Shown here: positions 57,420-64,000 of the stretch, piece after piece
Layout of the letters: each line of letters opens with the position of its first letter
Numbering within the stretch: position 1 is the stretch's first letter
Source of the DNA: a candidate division FCPU426 bacterium
GTDB taxonomy: Bacteria; Oederibacteriota; JAAXVQ01; JAUVAV01
Assembly (NCBI GenBank): GCA_040756875.1
Contig: JBFLYH010000002.1
Span: forward strand, 158,526 to 222,525
DNA: 64,000 nucleotides
Direction: 5' to 3'
Notes under the pieces: generated by a model
What the model saw: only the letters and a program-made list of their open reading frames with translations
Databases searched by the model: none
What the model was told of the DNA's origin: nothing
Made by a program: the position numbers and the translations under genes

Positions 57420-58718
57420 TCAGCGCCCCAGCTTGAGGGCGCGGAAAATGCGGGGGATGTGCTTGGTGTGGTAGCGCAAATCGAAGCAAGCGCGCAGTGC
57501 CGCGGGGCTCAAGCGCTTGCCAATGACCGGGTCCTGCGCCACCAGCCGCCGGAAATCTTTTTCCTCGGACCAGGCCCGCATGGCCAGGGCCTGCACGCGG
57601 CGGTAGGCTTCGTCCCGGTCCAGGCCCGATTCCACCAGGGCCAGCAACACCTGCTGCGAGTGCACCAGGCCGAAAGTCAGGTCCAGGTTGCGGCGCATGC
57701 GTTTGGCGTCCACGCGCAGAGTCTCCAGCACCCGGGCCGCGAGGCTGAGCTGGTATTCCATGACCGCGGTGGCGTCCGGAAGGATCATGCGCTCCACCGA
57801 GGAGTGCGAAATGTCCCGCTCGTGCCACAGGGCCATGTTCTCCAGCGCGGACTGGGCGTAGCCCCGCAGCAGGCGGGCCAGGCCGGTGATCCGCTCGCAC
57901 AGGATCGGGTTGCGCTTGTGCGGCATGGCCGAGGAGCCCTTCTGCCCCTTGGCGAAAAATTCCTCCACCTCGCGCACCTCGGTGCGCTGCAGGTGCCGGA
58001 TTTCGACCGCGATGTTCTCCAGCGTGCCGCCGATCTGGGCCAGGCAGCACAGGTACTCGGCGTGGCGGTCGCGGGCCGCGACCTGAGTGGCCGGCACTTC
58101 CGGCGTCAGGCGCAGCTGGCGGGCCACCGCCGCTTCCACGCGCGGGTCCTGGTTGGCGTAGGTGCCGACCGCGCCCGAGAGCTTGCAGATTTCCACGGTC
58201 CTCCGGGCGCGGGCAAAGCGCTCCTGCTGCCGCCGCACCTCGGCCAGGAACACCGCGAGCTTGAGGCCCCAGGTGATGGGCTCGGCGTGCACGCCGTGGG
58301 AGCGGCCGATCATGACCGTGCCGCGGTGGCGCTGGGCCTGGCGGGCCAGCACGCGCTCCAGGCGGCCGAGCTGCGCCGCGATCAAATCCGAGGCCTGGCG
58401 CAGCCGCAGGGACTGGGCCGTGTCCACCACATCGCTGGAGGTGAGGCCGAAATGCAGGTAGCGGCCGGACGCGCCCATGCGGGCCGCGGTCGAGGACACG
58501 AAGGCGATCACGTCGTGGTTGGTGACGCGCTCGATGGCTTCGGCCCGGCGCCGGTCCACGCGCGCCCGCTGCTTCATCTGGCGGTAAGCCGCGCGCGGGA
58601 TGATGCCCAATCGGGCCTGGGCCTGGGCCACGGCCAGTTCGACGGCCAGCCAGGAAGCCAGCTTGGCGTCTTCGGACCAAATGCGCCACATGGCGGCCGA
58701 GGTGTAACGTTCGATCAT
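57420..58718 (-). CDS. purB: Adenylosuccinate lyase
   Basis: [41 protein letters not shown]. Confidence 0.97.
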   Translation of the reverse strand: MIERYTSAAMWRIWSEDAKLASWLAVELAVAQAQARLGIIPRAAYRQMKQRARVDRRRAEAIERVTNHDVIAFVSSTAARMGASGRYLHFGLTSSDVVDTAQSLRLRQASDLIAAQLGRLERVLARQAQRHRGTVMIGRSHGVHAEPITWGLKLAVFLAEVRRQQERFARARRTVEICKLSGAVGTYANQDPRVEAAVARQLRLTPEVPATQVAARDRHAEYLCCLAQIGGTLENIAVEIRHLQRTEVREVEEFFAKGQKGSSAMPHKRNPILCERITGLARLLRGYAQSALENMALWHERDISHSSVERMILPDATAVMEYQLSLAARVLETLRVDAKRMRRNLDLTFGLVHSQQVLLALVESGLDRDEAYRRVQALAMRAWSEEKDFRRLVAQDPVIGKRLSPAALRACFDLRYHTKHIPRIFRALKLGR

Positions 58719-58887
58719 GGCAAACCTTCCTTCAGGGGTTCTCCCGCCGCACAGGGCAATGCCCGCCTCTGCGGTCGGGAGCGAATGCTTCGGCGTTGAA
58801 ATACGCGAAAGGGGGCGAAAAAGAAGGCTGATTATATGCCGGAACAAACCGGCTGGTCAAGGTTTTTTGAAGGCAGGGGCTGGGGGG

Positions 58888-59904
58888 TTATTTGCCGGCC
58901 AAGGCCAGGGTCCTGGCCCAGCCGCGGGAAAGCCAGATCTTGCCAGCCGCGTCCTTGATCAGGCACTCGGCGCCCGGAATGCTTTCCACCAGGGCCACCG
59001 CCTGTTCGGGCGGCAGGAGCATGAGCGCCGAAGCCGGCAGTTCGAGCTTGGGCTGTTCCGGCAGCAGCAGGGTGCCGCCCTGGCTGTGGCGGGCCGGCTT
59101 GCCGGTGCGGGGATCAAGGTAGGGATAGTACGCCAGGCCGTCCTGTTCGAAAATTTTCTCGAACACGCCCGCGGACAGCAGCCGGCCGCGGTTCAGGTCC
59201 ACGACGGCCAGGATCTGCTTGCGGTCCTTGGGATCGCGGATCGGTTCCCGCCAGGTCTTGGCGTCCGGCGGCCTCCCCCAGACCGCCAGGTTGGGGCCCA
59301 GGTCCAGGCGGCCGGCTTCGGTGCCTTTGGCCGCCTGCCGCAGGCGGTTGAGCGCGTAATTGACCAGAATGTCGTCCAGGTCGATCTGCATGCCCTGGCG
59401 CTTGAACAGCACGATCCGGTCCTTGGGGTAAAGGTCGAGGAAGGTATAGCTGACCATGGTCTTGATCTGATCCAGGCGCAGGTCCGTGGGCACGTGGTAC
59501 TCCTGCTGCCTGAATCCGTACTGCCATTTGAAGGCCGCGGTGGTCGGGTCCAGGGCGCCGCTGGTCTTCCCCGCCAGTTTGAGCGCCCATTGCAGCAGGC
59601 TCAGGGTCTCCAGGTCCACGGTCACCGGTTTTTCGCCCGTGGTCTGGTTCAGAAGGCTGACCATGCTGCCCGGCCGCAGGGGCGAATACTGCTGGTGCAG
59701 CCGCTCGGCCTCGGCGGCCACGGCGGCCAGCGCCTGGCCGGCGGAAGCCTGATCCTTGGCCCAGACCGTCACGCCGAGCGGCATGCCGTTGAGCGCGTAC
59801 GTTCCTGTGGCGCTCGCCCAGGCCTCCAGGGCGTGCGCCGCCGGCCCGGGCGCGAACAGCGCGGCCAGCAGCAGGGCTCCGGACAAAAACGCGGCCGGCC
59901 TCAT
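58888..59904 (-). CDS. apbE: ApbE-like FAD:protein FMN transferase (divergent)
   Basis: Signal peptide; S.VS.LN, T.GALDPT, I.DP and LDPRTG.P motifs; the usual GIAKG and TSG motifs are degenerate. Confidence 0.7.
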   Translation of the reverse strand: MRPAAFLSGALLLAALFAPGPAAHALEAWASATGTYALNGMPLGVTVWAKDQASAGQALAAVAAEAERLHQQYSPLRPGSMVSLLNQTTGEKPVTVDLETLSLLQWALKLAGKTSGALDPTTAAFKWQYGFRQQEYHVPTDLRLDQIKTMVSYTFLDLYPKDRIVLFKRQGMQIDLDDILVNYALNRLRQAAKGTEAGRLDLGPNLAVWGRPPDAKTWREPIRDPKDRKQILAVVDLNRGRLLSAGVFEKIFEQDGLAYYPYLDPRTGKPARHSQGGTLLLPEQPKLELPASALMLLPPEQAVALVESIPGAECLIKDAAGKIWLSRGWARTLALAGK

Positions 59905-60440
59905 GCCGCCGGGCCGCCGATAACCGAAAGGTCGTCGTTCCACAGCACCAGCGCGTCCTCCTGGTTGTCCACGTAGTAGCCGCGCCGGACCGCGGCCAGG
60001 CGGAACCCGAACTTGGCGTACAGCCGCTGCGCGGCTTCGTTGCCCGCCCGGACTTCCAGGGTGGCCCGCTTGGCGCCCAGGCGCGCGGCCGCTTGGAGCA
60101 CGGCCTGCACCAGCTGCTCGCCGATCCTGCGGCGGCGGAAGGCGGGGTGCACGGCCAGGTTGGTGATGTGCGCCTCGTCCAGCACCAGCCAGAAGCCCAT
60201 GTAGCCCACCACGTGATCCTGGAAGTGCGCGACCAGGAAGTGGCTGAGGTCCGGATGCTTGAATTCCTCTTCGAACAACTGGCGGGTCCAGGGGGTGCGG
60301 AAGGAGCTTTTTTCCACCCAGAGGATCTCCTCCAGGTCTTCGGGACGCATGGGCTCCAGGCGGATCTTCGCCGCCGTTTCGGCGGAGGTCGACGGAGCTC
60401 CGGCATCGGGCGCGGCCATGGGCGCTGGGAACAGGCTCAT
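59901..60440 (-). CDS. rimI: Ribosomal protein S18 alanine N-acetyltransferase
   Basis: F..PW, EAHITNLAVHP, TLEVRAGN..A..LY.KFGF...R.GYY...EDA. Confidence 0.92.
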   Translation of the reverse strand: MSLFPAPMAAPDAGAPSTSAETAAKIRLEPMRPEDLEEILWVEKSSFRTPWTRQLFEEEFKHPDLSHFLVAHFQDHVVGYMGFWLVLDEAHITNLAVHPAFRRRRIGEQLVQAVLQAAARLGAKRATLEVRAGNEAAQRLYAKFGFRLAAVRRGYYVDNQEDALVLWNDDLSVIGGPAA

Positions 60441-61159
60441 CGTTTCGGATCCGTGGCCCGCTGCCGCTGGTCGCGAAGCTCCTCGGCCTGGGTTTTGCGA
60501 AGGTAGATGGGCTTGATGTCGCCGAGCGGCATGCCGCCGCGCGTCAACTGCCCGGCGTGCGGGCTGGACAGCGTGCCGTCGGCAAGGCGGGTAAGCACTT
60601 CGGCGCTGGGCGTGGCATGGTCCTCGGGCAGCAGGGTGAGGCCCGGCCGCTGGACCGAGAGAAAGGCGAAAAACTGGCGCGCCCCCGGCCCGGCCACGGC
60701 CCAGGGCCCGGCAGGCAGCAGGCCGGGCAGGTCGGGCAGGTAACACAGCTGTTCGGGCAGCAGGGTCTCCCATCCTTGCGGCCCGTGCTGGAAAGCGGCC
60801 GCGTACACCGCTTCCTGCAGGGCGTCGGCCAGCACCAGCACGCGGTCCGCGGACGTGCCCGCGGCCACGGCCAAAAAACTCGAAATGCCCACGGCCGGAA
60901 TGTCCAAGGCCTGGGCCAGGCCCAGGGCCGTGGCAATGCCCACGCGCACCCCGGTGAATGACCCCGGCCCCATGCCCACGACAATGCCCTGCAAGGCCTT
61001 GGGCGGCCGGCCCACGCCGGCCAGCAGGCGCTCCAGGGCCGGCAGAATGGCCTCGTTGTGGCGCCGCTCGAGCTGTTCGTGGCTGTGCGCCAGGCTGCGT
61101 CCGTCCTGGCGCAGGGCCAGGGACAGCCAGTTGGTGGAAGTATCAAGGCCGAAGATCAT
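60437..61159 (-). CDS. tsaB: t6A biosynthesis protein TsaB
   Basis: LDTST, GPGSFTGVRVG, P.YLR. Confidence 0.93.
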   Translation of the reverse strand: MIFGLDTSTNWLSLALRQDGRSLAHSHEQLERRHNEAILPALERLLAGVGRPPKALQGIVVGMGPGSFTGVRVGIATALGLAQALDIPAVGISSFLAVAAGTSADRVLVLADALQEAVYAAAFQHGPQGWETLLPEQLCYLPDLPGLLPAGPWAVAGPGARQFFAFLSVQRPGLTLLPEDHATPSAEVLTRLADGTLSSPHAGQLTRGGMPLGDIKPIYLRKTQAEELRDQRQRATDPKR

Positions 61160-61283
61160 ATGATCCTCCTCTTGCCGCTCATTTTACGAACAATAAACCT
61201 ACAAGAAGCTGCTTTTCCACCCTCTCCCCGCTATCGCGGGGCGAGGGAGAACGATCAATAGGATAATGGGTGTCATCTCACCC

Positions 61284-61724
61284 TCAGGGAATATCCCTGC
61301 CTTTCGGCGCCTGGATGCACACGCGGCGCGATCCGGCGTCCGCGATTTCAAAACGCACGGCCCAATGCGCGGCCGGCAGCAGGCTGCCGGCGCGTTCCGC
61401 CCATTCCAGCACGCACACGCCGTTGCCGGCGCTGTATTCCTCCCAGCCCAGGTCCTCGAGTTCCTGCGCGGACTTCAGGCGGTACAAGTCGAAATGGTAC
61501 ACCGGCAGCGGGCCCGCGTATTCGTGCAGCAGGTTGAACGTGGGACTGGTGACCGGGCCCGAAGCGCCCAAGCCCCTGGCCAGGCCGCGCGTCAGACAGG
61601 TCTTGCCGCTGCCGAGTTCTCCGGTCAGGGCCACCACGTCCCCCGGCCGCAACTGCGGCGCCAGCAATTCGCCGACCGCCTCGGTTTCGGACTCGCTGGC
61701 CGTGGAAAAACATTTGTTGTCCAT
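61284..61724 (-). CDS. tsaE: t6A biosynthesis ATPase TsaE
   Basis: GELGSGKT, SPTF, HFDLYRL, EW. Confidence 0.95.
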   Translation of the reverse strand: MDNKCFSTASESETEAVGELLAPQLRPGDVVALTGELGSGKTCLTRGLARGLGASGPVTSPTFNLLHEYAGPLPVYHFDLYRLKSAQELEDLGWEEYSAGNGVCVLEWAERAGSLLPAAHWAVRFEIADAGSRRVCIQAPKGRDIP

Positions 61725-61734
61725 GCGGCCCCTG

Positions 61735-62835
61735 CTACCGGTGCAGAATGACCAGCTTGCGCAGGCCGAAGTCCCTGCGTCCGGCGGACGCGTTCAGCGT
61801 CAGGCGGTAAAAATAGATGCCCGGCGCCACGTTGCGGATGTCCCAGGCCAGGCGCTGGTAGCCCGCGCCGGCGTGGCTTTGGGTCAATGTCATGCCGGGT
61901 TCGCCGGCCACGTTGAACAGCTCCACCTTGGCTTCGGCCGGGCCGTCGGTGGCGTAATAGAACCACAGGGTGTCGCCCTTGCCGGGCGAGGGATAGACGA
62001 TCACTTCATCCGAGCCGAGCAGGTACGGCGTGCGGGTGGAAGTGGCCGTGGTGTTCACCGTGGGCGTGGGCGTGACAGTCAGGGTGATGGTGGGTGTGTT
62101 GGTTTTGCTCGGCGTCATGGTAAAGGTCCGGGTCATGGTGACGGTCGGAGATTCGGTGGACGTCGGCGTGATGGTATACGTGGGCGTAAAGGTGCGTGTG
62201 GGCGTGGGTGTGCGGGTAAACGTCGACGTGGGCGTGGCCGTGCGCGTGGGCGTGGCCGTGCGGGTGTAGGTCGGCGTGGCCGTGGCCGTGGGCTCCGCCG
62301 CCGGCCCCTCGACATACAGCGAAAACTGCCAGGCCATGGCGTTGGTCGAGGTGCCGAAGGGATCCGGGAACCCGCTGGCCGCGCTCTGTTCCCAACTCAT
62401 GCCGCCCACCGTGCTCACGGCCGCCGTGGCGCTGTCTTCGAACCACAAGGCCAGATAATACTCGTTTCCCATGGTAATAGGCACGGCCGGAGTGATGTAA
62501 ATATCATTCCATGAAACCGCGGTCATCCCGTGCGACGAAGAGCTCCACAGCAGGTTCACGGGATAATGCAGGACCGGGTCCGATGAATAGATGGCCACGC
62601 GCATGGTGGCGCCCGGAGCAACCGGGGCCGGCAGGTAAACGTAAAAGTGGGTGGCATAAAAGGAAGTGGCAGCCACAAACTCCGTGCCCTTGATCAGGTC
62701 CACAAACACGTCGGTCGAGGTGCCGGTGCCCGTATAGCCCATGATGTCCGCCCGGGCCAGTAGCGCCGGTCCTGAAACGCTGATCCAAAGTCCCAGGCAT
62801 GCGATGGCAATCCGCCGCAATCCCCGCACGTTCAA
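61735..62835 (-). CDS. Secreted protein with Thr/Pro linker and YPSP-type C-terminal domain
   Basis: Signal peptide; TPT tract; VYPSP...FNVAGE...APGIYFYR...KLVI. Confidence 0.82.
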   Translation of the reverse strand: MNVRGLRRIAIACLGLWISVSGPALLARADIMGYTGTGTSTDVFVDLIKGTEFVAATSFYATHFYVYLPAPVAPGATMRVAIYSSDPVLHYPVNLLWSSSSHGMTAVSWNDIYITPAVPITMGNEYYLALWFEDSATAAVSTVGGMSWEQSAASGFPDPFGTSTNAMAWQFSLYVEGPAAEPTATATPTYTRTATPTRTATPTSTFTRTPTPTRTFTPTYTITPTSTESPTVTMTRTFTMTPSKTNTPTITLTVTPTPTVNTTATSTRTPYLLGSDEVIVYPSPGKGDTLWFYYATDGPAEAKVELFNVAGEPGMTLTQSHAGAGYQRLAWDIRNVAPGIYFYRLTLNASAGRRDFGLRKLVILHR

Positions 62836-62938
62836 ACTCCTTGGCAGTTTAAATGGGCGCGCTGCCGGAACATCCGGCCCTGGCCATCCCGTTAATTATA
62901 TCAAAACCTTCCGGCTGATTCCGGCTGAAATCCGTTTT

Positions 62939-63943
62939 TCAGCGGTTGTGCTCCCAGCCCCGCGGCCAGGGCCGGAGGCGGCCGTGGCGCAACAGTTTCA
63001 GGCCGCTCCGGGCCGGCGTGACTTCGCCGATCACGGCGCACGACACCCGGGCCAGGGCCCGCAATTGCCTGGCAATGTGCTGGGCGTCCGCGGCTCTGGC
63101 TGCAAACAGGAGTTCAAAGTCCTCGCCGCCGGACAGGGCCCAGTCCAGGGGGTCGCGCTGCAGGGCTTGGGCGGCCCGGCGCACCAGGGTGGAAACCGGC
63201 AGCCGCTCGGCATGCACGGTCAAACCCACGCGGCTGGCCTCGGCCAGCCGCCGCGCGTCGCCGGCCAGCCCGTCGGAGAGATCCAGGGCCGCATGCACGC
63301 GGCGGGTATGCGCCAGCACGCGGCCCGCGGCCAGCAGCGGCACCGGACGCACAAGGCGCCGGACCAGCGGCGCAAAGGCGGGCGACACGCGCCTCCGGGA
63401 GCGCAGCCAGGCCAGGGCCGCGGCCGGAGCGCCGAGATTTCCCGTGACCAGCAGCAGATCGCCCGGACGCGCGCCGCGCCGCGTCAGCCATTCGGAGCGC
63501 GGGAGGCTGCCCTGCAGGGTGAGGGTCGCGGTCAGGGGCCCGGGCGTGGCCACCGTGTCGCCGCCGAGCAGGCGCGCGCCGTGGCGGCGCAGTTCCCGAA
63601 CCACGCCCGCGGCCAGCCGGTGCGCGTTGGCCGCGGAAAAATTCCGGGGCAGGGCCAGGGACAGATAGGCCCGCTCGGGCGTCGCGCCCATGGCCGCGAG
63701 ATCCGACAGGTTAACCGCCGCTATTCTCCGGCCCGCGGCCTCGGGGCCGCACCAGTCTCCTGACCAGTGCACGCCTTCCACCAGCGTGTCGCAGGTGACC
63801 GCTTCCCAGCGCCCGGACGCGGCCGGGCGGTAGACCGCGGCGTCGTCGCCGATGCCCAGGCAGTCCGGCGGCCGCACGGGCCCGGCCAGGCGCCGGATGT
63901 CTGCGATCAGCGGAAACTCGCGCCAGCGGCCGGGAGAAGTCAT
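62939..63943 (-). CDS. thiL: Thiamine-monophosphate kinase
   Basis: EF.LI, GIGDDAA, NLSDLAAMGA, GGDT, DLSDGL, GGEDFEL, GWEH. Confidence 0.95.
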   Translation of the reverse strand: MTSPGRWREFPLIADIRRLAGPVRPPDCLGIGDDAAVYRPAASGRWEAVTCDTLVEGVHWSGDWCGPEAAGRRIAAVNLSDLAAMGATPERAYLSLALPRNFSAANAHRLAAGVVRELRRHGARLLGGDTVATPGPLTATLTLQGSLPRSEWLTRRGARPGDLLLVTGNLGAPAAALAWLRSRRRVSPAFAPLVRRLVRPVPLLAAGRVLAHTRRVHAALDLSDGLAGDARRLAEASRVGLTVHAERLPVSTLVRRAAQALQRDPLDWALSGGEDFELLFAARAADAQHIARQLRALARVSCAVIGEVTPARSGLKLLRHGRLRPWPRGWEHNR

Positions 63944-64000
63944 TCGCCCCAGCGGCGGATGCCCTCGGGCTGGACGTTGCCCTCGAGCCGCTGCAACTGC
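63940..64000 (-). CDS. 3' end of an upstream gene (...EGIRRWGE*)
   Basis: Open frame ending in TGA overlapping the thiL ATG (ATGA). Confidence 0.4.
   Translation of the reverse strand, partial: QLQRLEGNVQPEGIRRWGE

Overview
64-kb bacterial chromosomal window with a GC-rich backbone and no rRNA, tRNA, CRISPR array, integrase or transposase visible. The minus-strand backbone runs thiL-(secreted protein)-tsaE-tsaB-rimI-apbE-purB-purS-purQ-(GT-C/TPR, methyltransferase, GT2)-purL-purF-purM. After a ~34-kb interruption it continues purN-purH-(PilZ)-purD-purE-(HAD::TsaC fusion)-ECF sigma/anti-sigma/DUF3106-like genes. A small Flp/Tad locus, a TerC/Alx protein and an M15 peptidase lie at the left end. 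The interruption holds a DinG helicase, ArfB, a 2919-aa cyclic beta-1,2-glucan synthase, secreted Thr/Pro-linker proteins with a YPNP-type C-terminal domain, and an AT-richer accessory island (~36.9-46.8 kb) with toxin-antitoxin pairs, DUF4238-like and FRG genes and many small repeat families. Most notable unexplained structure: (i) a ~34-bp direct repeat separating same-strand, gene-sized cassettes (37.8-41.1 kb) with no integron or CRISPR hallmarks; (ii) a structured 110-165-bp element in two copies, one visibly inserted into a MITE; (iii) a candidate ECF-sigma-driven small RNA with two anti-Shine-Dalgarno loops whose promoter matches the one upstream of the local ECF gene; (iv) a HAD phosphatase-TsaC fusion; (v) a candidate protein O-glycosylation cassette inside the pur operon. 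All family assignments come from motif recognition by eye; no searches were run.
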